A stretch of 64,000 nucleotides of DNA from Flectonema sp. DT1601 (taxonomy: Eukaryota): positions 496,001 to 560,000 of the forward strand of contig OZ025793.1 of assembly GCA_964019425.1 (NCBI GenBank). Direction: 5' to 3'. Below the pieces are notes generated by a model that saw only the letters and a list, made by a program, of their open reading frames with translations, was not told the DNA's origin and made no database searches. The translations under genes and the position numbers were made by a program. Below, piece by piece: positions 50,244 through 61,035 of the stretch (its first letter is position 1; each line of letters starts with the position of its first letter).

Positions 50244-52010
50244 ATGTTGAAGGTAACTGGAATTATCGCTCTCTTGGCTACGGCTGCGTGCCAACCAACC
50301 GCTACGAAGACGCTGACCCTGACAAAGACGGACACTCCAAGTACTACTATTTCGTTGTCGCAGTCTCTAACAAAAAGTGAGACACTGAGAACTGCTACTG
50401 CTACATTCACGCAAACACTGACAGACAGTCAGACATTGAGAACTGCTACTGCTACATTCACGCAAACACTGACAGACAGTGAGACATTGAGAACTGCAAC
50501 AGAGACTGGGACATTGAGAACTGCCACTGCTACATTCACACAAACACTGTCAGACAGTCTGACTAACTCCTTGTCACTATCTAAAAGTTTGACAAACTCG
50601 TTATCGCAGTCGTTATCGCAGTCTTTAACAGCGACTGGGACATTGAGAACTGCCACTGCTACATTCACACAAACGCCGTCAAATAGTCTGACTAACTCCT
50701 TGTCGCTGTCAAAGACAAATTCGTTATCGCAGTCTCTGACTGGGACTGAGACATTGAGAACTGCTACTGCTACCGGGACATTGAGAACTGCTACTGCTAC
50801 ACCGTCAAATAGTCTGACCAACTCCTTGTCGCTGTCAAAGACAAATTCTTTATCGCAGTCTTTAACAGAGACTGGGACATTGAGAACTGCAACAGAGACT
50901 GAGACATTGAGAACTGCTACTGCTACCGGGACATTGAGAACTGCTACTGCTACACCGTCAAATAGTCTGACTAACTCCTTGTCGCTGTCAAAGACAAATT
51001 CGTTATCGCAGTCGTTGTCAAAGACAAATTCGTTATCGCAGTCGCTGTCAAAGACAAATTCGTTATCGCAGTCTTTAACAGAGACTGGGACATTGAGAAC
51101 TGCTACTGCTACATTCACACAAACACCGACAGACAGTCTGACTAACTCCTTGTCACTATCTAAAAGTTTGACAAACTCGTTATCGCAGTCGCTGTCAAAG
51201 ACAAATTCGTTATCGCAGTCTGTAACAGAGACTGGGACACTAAGAACTGCTACTGCTACATTCACACAAACGCCGTCAAAGAGTCTGACTAACTCGCTGT
51301 CACAAACTCTGCTAACCAGAACGCAGACTATTAGTTTAGTTCCAACTGCTATTCCAACTGCTCAACCAGCTGCACCAACTACTGCTCCAGTTGTAGCAAC
51401 TACCGCACCAGTTGCACAAACCGCCGTACCAGTTAGTAACGGAGCTCAACAGACAGCTACTGTCGGATTCGTTGTGAACATGGAGTTGACTGATCTGGTG
51501 GCACAGATTAGTGGAATCGAAACTGCGGCAACCACGGCTTTGGGTTCCACGATTGCTGTCGTCTGTGTAAACATCTGTGAGCTGGCTGCCACAGGTAATA
51601 CTCTCACTGGCACTTGCTTTAACTGTGACGGCACACCGCAGTCGAGAGGTGTTGCTGTTTTGGCTCCAGCTAGATACCGCACATCATTGACTGGACGTAC
51701 TACCCTCGACCAGGCCCTTGTCCAAACCCGTCTTGCTGACTCCATCAGACCGATCATTGTGGCTACTTCCGGTACCTTCGAATCTGTCGTTGTTGCTCTC
51801 GTAGTCATCCCTACTGATAGTGACGACGGTCTGAGTGGTGGAGCTATTGCGGGTATTGTTATTGGTTGTGTTGCATTTGTTGTTATCATCGTTGTGTTGG
51901 TTTACTGTTTCTGCTTCAACAAGAATGAAGAAGACAATAATAAAGCTGGAGAGCAATCGTCTTGTGAACCATGTGAACTGGATGAGACCAGCCCTGATAT
52001 GACTGTGTAA
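50244..52010 (+). CDS. Mucin-like membrane protein, subfamily B, copy M8 (588 aa)
   Basis: C-terminal half and about 450 nt of 3' flank nearly identical to M7. Confidence 0.92.
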   Translation: MLKVTGIIALLATAACQPTATKTLTLTKTDTPSTTISLSQSLTKSETLRTATATFTQTLTDSQTLRTATATFTQTLTDSETLRTATETGTLRTATATFTQTLSDSLTNSLSLSKSLTNSLSQSLSQSLTATGTLRTATATFTQTPSNSLTNSLSLSKTNSLSQSLTGTETLRTATATGTLRTATATPSNSLTNSLSLSKTNSLSQSLTETGTLRTATETETLRTATATGTLRTATATPSNSLTNSLSLSKTNSLSQSLSKTNSLSQSLSKTNSLSQSLTETGTLRTATATFTQTPTDSLTNSLSLSKSLTNSLSQSLSKTNSLSQSVTETGTLRTATATFTQTPSKSLTNSLSQTLLTRTQTISLVPTAIPTAQPAAPTTAPVVATTAPVAQTAVPVSNGAQQTATVGFVVNMELTDLVAQISGIETAATTALGSTIAVVCVNICELAATGNTLTGTCFNCDGTPQSRGVAVLAPARYRTSLTGRTTLDQALVQTRLADSIRPIIVATSGTFESVVVALVVIPTDSDDGLSGGAIAGIVIGCVAFVVIIVVLVYCFCFNKNEEDNNKAGEQSSCEPCELDETSPDMTV

Positions 52011-52465
52011 GTAGTACTTCTGTTCCACAGAGTAAGATGAGGTTTTTAAAAATATTATCGGAGCTGTTTTTTCTGAGGTAATATTTGTACGAATTATCAA
52101 TCCCTAAGTCTGTCTGCTGAAGGTCATCCTTTTAAGAGACAGTCGCTTGGAAAGGAGTGAGTTGCTCCACACGCTGGCTTCCGATTAACAGAAGTAGAGC
52201 AAATCCCTGACATATCGCCCCTCCAGACCCTTCCACTCACCCACCCATCCACTCACCCAGTGCTATATAACCTGAACATGTTTTATGCGAGAAACTTAAC
52301 GGTTGACTACTTATTTGAATCACGAATCGAGAGTGTAATGGGTCTGATCGCATGAATAGACAGCATTGGTGCCATGTTATGCTTCTCGATTTCAGATATC
52401 TAATCTCGTATTACTTTAAAGAAAAAAATAAAATATTTTGTTTTATCCTTAACAAATTAAATATA

Positions 52466-52987
52466 ACACATTCTTCAAAATACCGGTCCAAGAAAAACCG
52501 TACTTCACCTTATTTTTTTCCGTAACAAGAAAACCCGCAAAGCCGTTTTTTTTTTGGATTTTGCATTTCCCCGAAAATTTCCAAATCCGAAATATGTGCA
52601 GATTTTTTGCACAATAAACTTGCAATTGCCATTTATGAAGCAATAAATGGGAGCAGTAATACATTTGCTAAGTTTAATCCCACTTGGAGGGCCGTTACTT
52701 CCTGCAGCAGTATCAGAATCTTACCTTGAATTATTCCTTCCCTGGTTGAGAACCAACCCATCTCAGCCATTCTAGTGTATTTTAGGCCGACAAACGTATG
52801 CCCAGGCTCAAAAATTGCGCAGGCACAGTGTAGTTTTCCCATTTTTTTGAAATTCAAAAAATGCTGAGTAAGAAGTGTTCCTCATGCGCGCGTGGGGGTC
52901 CAAACGCGTTTTAAAAGTGTTACTAATTCAGCGTCCCATGAAAAAAAAAAAAATTTTTTTTTTGAGCCGGTGTTCTGAAGAATGTTT
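52466..52987. mobile_element. MITE family Y, copy 2
   Basis: acattcttcaaaataccggtccaa ... ttgagccggtgttctgaagaatgt. Central part differs from copy 1. Confidence 0.7.
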
Positions 52988-53431
52988 GGTGTATAATTAT
53001 ATAATGTAATAATTTTTTCTTATTCTTTCTTAACGTAGCGCGTGTTACTGCGGAATAAACGGTGGAGTTATCATGGTGCAAAGCTCTTTGATCTCTGCTG
53101 AATATTCAGAAAAGGAAAAACAAAAAACAAACGAAAAGGAAATTATTCTTGCGAACCAACAATTCTTAACATTGAAGTTCTTGAATACTTTCGTTGGTTG
53201 ACTCTCTTCTCTCTATTTCTTAACTAAATTATCAACTTATTATACATGAAGCTTTTGTGATTTATTTGCCTTCATGTTAATTTTATTACTCTGTGGCATC
53301 TCATTCTGTAATGTGGCCAAAATGGGTAGTCTCTCTCTCATAATAGTGGTATCAAACCGCTAACGACTTATAATTGTTTCATCGCATTGTTGAGGTTAGA
53401 TTGTATGTTCATTTCTTCACAAGCTCGCACT

Positions 53432-53599
53432 ATGTTCGAGGTAACTGGAATTATGCTCTTGGCTACGGCTGCGTGCCGACCAATAGCTATAATCACGCTG
53501 ACCTTGACAAAGACAGATACTCCAAGTACGACTATTTTGTCGTCGGGGTCTGTAACAAAAAGTGGGACCTTGAGAACGACTAATGCTGCAGTCACATAA
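53432..53599 (+). pseudogene. Truncated subfamily-B mucin gene
   Basis: MFEVTGIMLLATAACRP...TKTDTPSTT...* then jumps to 3'-spacer sequence (tcgagagtgtaatgggt). An orphan upstream block follows at about 53745-53960. Confidence 0.85.
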
Positions 53600-54453
53600 A
53601 CGCTGTCGAGAGTGTAATGGGTAAACTGGTCATATGAAAAGTTAGCATTGGTGCGTCTTAACCTTTTCACATTTGCTAATGTTAATTTACTATAATTATT
53701 TCTTTTTTTACAAGCTTCATCAATTTTTTTTTTTTAATTCTCCTCGTGGCGTGTGTTACTGCGGAATAAACGGTGGAGTTATCATGGTGCAAAGCTCTTT
53801 GATCTCTGTTAAACATTCACAAAAAAAAAGAAAAAAAAAGAAAAAAATACAAATCAACGATTCTAAATATTGCAGTACTTGAATGCTGTCGTTGGTTAAC
53901 TCTCTTCATCCCCCTCTATTTTCCATTCAATTATTTTTAAATGAAGCAGCTTTGTTTTGTCGATTAGAATATTACTCATCCATTGTAGTAGCCTTCTTGT
54001 CTGAAATAGGCTGTGATATGTTTCTTTTTTTTCTTTTTTTTCTCTCCCTGTTTCTATTTGTGTGACTTATAAAGAAAATGGATTAGCTTTAGAGTGCAAA
54101 GCACTTAGTATTTGCTATCCGTTAATCAGCTGTCAGGTTTACACAAATAGGAAGAGCTTTATTGGATGGTTTACTTGTTCCAATGTCCACTATCCTCCTC
54201 ATCTTTTTCAATTTTCTCCCTTTCCCTTTCAATTTGTTAGCACTGAATAAAGGTGGACAGCTGTGAATAGATCTCTACAGCTAAAGCTATAAAAATCCGA
54301 TCTCTTCATGATTTTTGGATCCTCTACCAATTAACTCTTGTTGACCAACTTCCACTTCAATTTGCATTGTTAAGTCATCATCGTTGTTTACTTCATATAA
54401 AAGTCTCTTGATTGTTTTTTTTTTAAATTATTCTCTTCCTACAGTGTTCCAGC

Positions 54454-55050
54454 ATGACTATGTTTACGAGGGGCGTTGTTTTACGCGTAGCTCAGAAGCA
54501 ACTGCGTTGCTGTAGCAAAAATGCTGGTGAGATGAGTCCGCAGTCTTTAGATCTACAGATCAAATTAAAGAAATCATCGACGATGGTCCTTATGAACGAG
54601 ATTGAGGAATTAGTGAGATCAGACCCTCACAGCGAAAGAGTCCTTCAAATGTATAAAAAAGAAGAGGCAGATTTGGCCTCACTGTTAGCAGAAAAAGAAA
54701 GCATTTCTGCACCCTTCTATGAAGACATGAATGACAAGATACGAACGGTTAAGGGTGAAGTTACCGCGTTAGCTTCTTCCGTCACTAAATTAAAAAAGAA
54801 GGAAGCATTCTTGTCAAAGCGGTTATTTATTGTGAAGCTGCTAGATCATAAAGCTGGAGTTCCTTATGGATGGCGTGAAGCAACCTACGAAGAGGCCGAA
54901 TCGTACCTTCAGCACCTTTCTGACGATCTCAGACTTCACAAATTTACTCTTCTTGCTGATGTTTGTGTTAACTCAGATGGACTTGTCGTTGAGGAGCTCC
55001 CGTCCGTCTATTTCCCAACTGCTCACATAATCACTCCGGATACACCGTAA
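54454..55050 (+). CDS. Hypothetical coiled-coil protein with predicted mitochondrial presequence
   Basis: ORF after cttcctacag acceptor. N-terminus MTMFTRGVVLRVAQKQLRCCS. Heptad-like middle region. Confidence 0.75.
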   Translation: MTMFTRGVVLRVAQKQLRCCSKNAGEMSPQSLDLQIKLKKSSTMVLMNEIEELVRSDPHSERVLQMYKKEEADLASLLAEKESISAPFYEDMNDKIRTVKGEVTALASSVTKLKKKEAFLSKRLFIVKLLDHKAGVPYGWREATYEEAESYLQHLSDDLRLHKFTLLADVCVNSDGLVVEELPSVYFPTAHIITPDTP

Positions 55051-56247
55051 CATGTGAATTGCAGTTTTGTTCTCTACAAAAAAAATACAAATGGATGAAC
55101 CTCTGACGTGAATCGTTGTAGCCCTTTTTATTCTTCTGCATTGACTTCCTGCAGCGCTCTGATGAGCACAGACCATTTATCTGCCAAAAGACAATTCTTT
55201 TACTAACTTTCACTTTTTTTAGTTTTTTGTGTTTTATTATTCATCCCCCCTCCCTATCTTTTCATAGTATTAAATTCCCTTCCTATAAACATAATTCAGC
55301 ACTACTAATAGTTGATATTCCACATTCATTACCATTAATAATCAAATGGTTGCAGAATTAACTATGTTGACGAGGGCTGGGTTGAGGATTTTTCATTTTG
55401 GTTGATTTTAATTATTTATATTTGTGGTAACTCACAATGGCTTAGTGACTAAGTAACTTTCCTCAATTCCCTTTCTTGTAGAAAGTTAACAGATTGCGTG
55501 ATGAAATTAATTTCTAAAAAGGGAATCAACATCCATCTATCGAGAATGTGCACGCAATTAAGGATTTCCTAAGTAGTCGTGTTGCTTTTTATGATACATT
55601 AGTGACGTTGTAATTAACGGTTTTTTCCCCTCCCTTACGAAATCAAGAAAATTATCACCTCCCTATAAAATAATAATAAAATCCTTTTAAAAAGGTTTTT
55701 CCATAATTGACAATTTTTTTTAAATCCCGATTACGCTAATATGACTACAAAAAAAAAAAAAAAAAAAACCCGAGTTTTTTCCCAAGGTCACAGAACCAAT
55801 TACTTTTTTTTGCATTTAAAAAAAACTAGTTAGCGACCCGCAATACAATTTTAGGTATTGTACATCGACCGAGTATAAACCCGAAGGACCCTGCTTGCTT
55901 CATAAATAAATTTCGGTATTTATCGACTTCCCTGAGAGATTTTTTTTTTTTTTTTTTTTTTGTTCTTTTGCTGTTTTCACTTATGCACAGCAACACTAAC
56001 CAGCGTGGTTTTGTGAGTGATAACAGAAAACAGACTTGTTGAAAAAGCTTAATAATAAATTCGATGTTCTTAAAGGATAGATGGAGAATTTTTTAGGTAT
56101 TCTTGTTACATAATAAGCCGTTCTTAGATGATACTGACAGTCATCCTCGGAGTAATTAAGTTTTTTTTTCACAACTAAAAACGGTTCTGTTTATACCTAA
56201 AATAAAACATTAGATTTATAGTGGTGTTGATTAATGAATTGAAATAA

Positions 56248-56278
<31 letters not shown>

Positions 56279-56480
56279 CTCGTACTGTTACACACCTTTC
56301 AGCCAGGCTCCTATACTCATATTAAAATAAAAAGAAAAAGGGTTTCTAAGAAGATGACTACCTTTATTTATTTTTTTTCCCTTTTTTTTTTTCTCTCAAC
56401 GATGATGTAATAGTTGTGTAGCAACTAACAACTACCTAATACGTACTTCTTAAATAACAGTATATCCCAACAACTTTTTA

Positions 56481-57080
56481 ATGCCGATTGCATTTGCAAC
56501 CGACGACAACAGATGTGTTCCTCGGGAATGCCAACTGCCTGATGGAGGTTTTTGGGTATTTGGATATGGTAGTATTTTATGGAAAGTAACTTTTCCAGTC
56601 TCGGAAGTTAAAGTTGGTAAAATTGAAGGTTTCTCAAGAAGGTTTTGTCAAGGCAGCGCTGATCACAGAGGAACAGAAGAATATCCAGGAAGAGTCGTTA
56701 CACTTGTTGAGAAGCCTGACTCTATTACATGGGGGAAGGCTTTACGGATCCCAGGTGACAAAGCTGAAGAAGTTGCTGCGGGTCTTGACGATCGTGAAAA
56801 GGGAGGCTACATCAGTAAAGCAGTAACAGTAACAACTAGAGAAGGAGAGAAAATCACTGCAATGCTCTATATGTCGACTCCAGGATCTTCCAACTTTATC
56901 AGTGATGAGCCATCGCAAACTACTGCAAATATAATTGCTAAAAGTGTCGGACCTTCAGGTCCTAACACAGAATATTTATTTAACGTAAATGTTGCTTTAC
57001 GTGAATTAGAGTTGGCAGATCCATACTGCGAGGAACTCGAGGTTTTGGTTCGACAACGACTAACGGAAGTAAAGGCATAA
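56481..57080 (+). CDS. CHAC: ChaC-family glutathione-specific gamma-glutamylcyclotransferase
   Basis: WVFGYGSILWK, RRFCQGS.DHRGT..YPGRVVTL, LDDREKGGY, GPSGPN.EYL. Confidence 0.95.
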   Translation: MPIAFATDDNRCVPRECQLPDGGFWVFGYGSILWKVTFPVSEVKVGKIEGFSRRFCQGSADHRGTEEYPGRVVTLVEKPDSITWGKALRIPGDKAEEVAAGLDDREKGGYISKAVTVTTREGEKITAMLYMSTPGSSNFISDEPSQTTANIIAKSVGPSGPNTEYLFNVNVALRELELADPYCEELEVLVRQRLTEVKA

Positions 57081-57555
57081 TTGATGTTCTTTTGTATAAT
57101 AAAAAACTCTCACAACAACAGACCAATCGCATCCTTTAATGAGGTGCTTGCTGACTCCGTTCTCTTCTATTTAGCAAATTGTAAAATCCTGTGCACCCAA
57201 CCCGACTACATTTGAAACAATAGTACAAAGCAGGGTTTTCAGCATACTTGTTGTCCCTTTTTGGGCAACTTGTTTTGGGTGAATCTATTATACCTTTCTC
57301 TTCCTATTTTTTAATAAAGATTACCTTGCTAGGACTGGAAGAGACCCAGCTTCTACTTCTGGAACAGGGTTGGGTCTCATTGTTTCTCTGTAGGTTTTTA
57401 TAATGCCAAAATCTTAAAGAACAGTTTGAAATCGTCTTTCACTTTTGTTTGTAGACACTGCGAACTTGAAAGCGACTTATTGATAGTTTTATGTTTGTAG
57501 ACGCATTGCGCGAAAGCTATATTTCTCCCTTCACCTCAGTTTCCTAATTCACAAT

Positions 57556-58789
57556 ATGTTGCCGTCAGTTATCATACTGCTGATTGCGATACTACCATTA
57601 TCTTCATGTGAAGTAATTACTGGAGTTTCTGGTGATTTTACTTTTAAGAAAGCACACTCAGTCACTGATAGCAATCTGATGTATGTCCATCTCTACAGAA
57701 TGTTTACTCCAAGACTTGTGCAGACGCCAATCTATCCTAACAGCACCGTAACCCAGATTCGTTATATTATAAAAACATTACAGGGTGGAGTTCACGGTAG
57801 ATGGGGAACTGCTGACTACCAAATAATCTTATGGACAAATGTCCTGCAAGATGACATAAAAAAACAAGTGGAGTCGGAATTGAACAACCGAGGTGAAATG
57901 ACAGTATCGGTCAGGCACATAAATACTTTGGGTCGATACAAACAATTTAAACAGCAATTGACTCTGTACGAATCAAGAGGAATGACTGAGTTTGTGACTG
58001 ACATAAGTACAATCTTAGTTCAACAGGAATACGGTGGGCTGTCAGTTGGTCGTTACACGAATGTTATTAGTCATTTCTCGGAGCCTAAAAAGGCTAGATA
58101 TCCTAGGAGTATTGTGAATATTTTTTCGATTGCACGGCATTTTTCATTTTTATCATTCTTGGAAAGCAAGTGTTGCGCTCCACACAAGACACCACTTCAG
58201 ATGTTTTCTGACACTATTAATTGCTATAAGTCTAATTGTGGTGATCAAATATCCCTATCACTGATTTTCTCACTGAGAGACCATCCAATACTAATCAAAA
58301 CTATTGAAATAATTAAATTTAAATTGTCAAGTAGTTCTCAGCCTGTTCCCTGTTGGAATGCTCGCCGTGAGCTAATAAGTAATTCTTTAAGGGAAGCTTA
58401 TGACATTGAAAATAGTATAAATGATTTATTATTGCCATCTCAGTTTGGAACAGAGATTCATGAAAATAAAGAAATTGAAATTGAAATTGAAATTGAAAAA
58501 GATTCTGATGACAGTATTTTGATTCCAGTTTTAGGAACGTTGTCCCTGATGTCGACTCCTCCGTTGTGTGGTTCTACGATTGTAGATTTAAATCAAATTA
58601 GAAAGAGGCCTTTCAATCTACTAATTGACCCTCACCAGTCTGTTTATTTCGAGGCGACATTTAATCGGTTTGTAGATACTTTTTTCTTTTTCCTGCCGTG
58701 TCTGGATGTCGAGACAACGATCGGAGTCAGAAGAAAGAGATAATTACTTATTATTCTAATTTTCTAATTGTGACGAAGAAAGGAATTTC

Positions 58790-58825
<36 letters not shown>

Positions 58826-59953
58826 AGCTATTTCGGTGTCGACTATGTTAATGAAGCCCTTCCTTCTTTACAAAGATCGTCTTCATTTGTGAGGTATCCT
58901 GTTCTTGGGAGTTATGATGAGCCTTTGATTCCGTTCAGTTTACATTTCTTATGGGCTGTGAATCCTAGCAGTCCAAAAGGAATTAGTAAAGAAGATCAGG
59001 ATAGTTTTAAGATACTAAAATCAATAACATTATCAGGAAAGGCATCATGGAAATACTACCTCTGGACCAACAGAGAGGATCTCATATCTGAGAGTACGGA
59101 AGGTATGAGAAATAGTGGACTTGTTGTGAGGGAATTTTCTGAATTAAAAAAATACAAAAAATACGGCAACTGGATAAGAATGGCAATCGACAACAGCTGG
59201 TTTGGCATGGCAACTGATTTACTAAAAGTAATTATACTACTTCAAGAAGGAGGATTCGTAGCCGATCTTGACTATCGCATGTTATCATCACCAGAGTCAA
59301 TGCATCTAAGAGCTCATAGCTACTTCGGTTATGATGCATGGGAAGCTATCAATAATGGACAGTATGCAGCCTGTGCTGATCATCCAGTGTTGAATACTTT
59401 GTTAGATATATTAACTTCTAACATTGGATATCATTTATCTAATACAACTTCTATACCTTACCTCACTCAACCGTTATCGTGTGCTGACACTGACATATTT
59501 GGGACAGCCGTATTGCCATTGTCACTTGCTGTATTTATGAAGGTGAATACACCAGGGTATCAAGATGTATTGTTACCTTCTTGTATGCTTCACGCTGGTG
59601 ATTTTGAAAACTTGTACGGATTACCTCGTTGTACTTATCGTTTAAGGGGAGGTCCTAATAGCACAGATCTACTGCAACCGTCTCTCGGTTGGCAGGAGTT
59701 ACTCGGATCTTGGACAAGATTCTGTCTTGGGGAAGTCGTTGACATTAGAAATCCGATTTCTCCAATTCTCGATAGCGGTCGAGATGCCTGGAAAGGTGGG
59801 CAGTGGCATTCCCACAATGAATCGTCAACTGAGAGGTGTTTCTTTGATAAATGTACAATCATCTTCTCTGTCTTAGTGTTGCTGTGGTTATTGGTGGCGC
59901 ACTGTCTTCCTCGATTTAAGAAGAGGAAACCTCTTTGTGATTACCCAGTTTAA
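57556..59953 (+). CDS. GT32-like (DXD sugar-binding) glycosyltransferase with tandem domains, 745 aa. Exons 57556-58667 and 58828-59953
   Basis: A phase-2 160-nt GT-AG intron joins the two ORFs (TFNR|YFGVDYV). Second domain IP..LHFLW...YYLWTN...ATDLLKVIILLQEGGFVADLDY. First domain is a degenerate copy (IILWTN...VTDISTILVQQEYGGLSVG). Signal peptide and C-terminal TM. Confidence 0.82.
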
Positions 59954-60372
59954 TATCTGTGGGCTTTTACAAAAAAAAAATAAAAAAATAATGTATTGAT
60001 TCAAATGTGTGTGTTACTTGAATCCTGACTTGCAACAAACAAAAAAAATTTTTTTTTTCAACTCTCTTTTTTTATATTTAACAATCGAATACTGTTGTTT
60101 TGATGATTCATCCAAACTAAGTTTCCTGTTACACGATCGTGTAGATCAATGCTACCTAACTAGCGTATTCCCTTAGACAATATGCCTTCTTTAGTTTCCT
60201 CTATTATTGTTGATTCCTAGGTTGAGTGTGCTAACCTTGAAATCTCTGAAACTCCTCTAACCGTTCTGCAAGATGTTCTTTTTCTTAACAGAATTTGTTA
60301 AGAGGTTTTGTTTTGTATCTTTAATATGGTATATTGTTACTATTATTTTTATCAACAAATCACTAGGAGCAC

Positions 60373-60852
60373 ATGTCAGAGCTGTGCAATGAAATAATTA
60401 CAGACATCATCTTATGGCTCAGTGTCAGTGACATTGTAAACTGTAGAAGGATTTGTAGAAAATGGAGAGCAGCAACAGGAAGAGAAAGAGTTAGAAAAAT
60501 GATAATGACGACTGAAGAAAATGTCTGTGTGGGTGGTGTTATTAGCGACCGAAAAGTTGCGAGGCTGAGATGTCAGTTAAAGGAAATGCGAGATGTTCCC
60601 GTATCACTTTGTATTATATTTTGGCATCTCGCAAAACGATACCGAGCGAGCAAACTCGCTGCCAACTCGCGAAGAATTGTTGAAGATGGTTGGTATCGGA
60701 ATACAGTATTACCATCATACCTGACTGCCAACGGGATTCCAGATGCTGCAACAGCAACTCTCCCGGTATTTGAGCAGAAGCTCTCTGTCATATTTCTATC
60801 GATGAATGAATTAATAAAAACAGCACAACGATCTACAACCTCTGCAGGTTGA
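60373..60852 (+). CDS. Small F-box protein
   Basis: N-terminal SELCNEIITDIILWLSVSDIVNCRRICRKWR matches the F-box pattern. Confidence 0.8.
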   Translation: MSELCNEIITDIILWLSVSDIVNCRRICRKWRAATGRERVRKMIMTTEENVCVGGVISDRKVARLRCQLKEMRDVPVSLCIIFWHLAKRYRASKLAANSRRIVEDGWYRNTVLPSYLTANGIPDAATATLPVFEQKLSVIFLSMNELIKTAQRSTTSAG

Positions 60853-61035
60853 AATCAATAGCCGTTCAGTTTTTACATTTGATTATTTTTAAATGACAGG
60901 CTTTCATTCTTTATAATCCCCCCCCTAGCCCTGTGACGCTATCGTTATGCTGTTGTTTTATCCATTTAGTTTAGTTCTTTTTTTATTGTTATGTTTTTTC
61001 TTCAGAATCGGTGATACTTTACCTCCTCATAACAA

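Noticed and set aside
57341..57378. Isolated hairpin GAGACCCAGC/GTTGGGTCTC as a terminator
   Set aside because: Eukaryotic context, single copy, no supporting evidence
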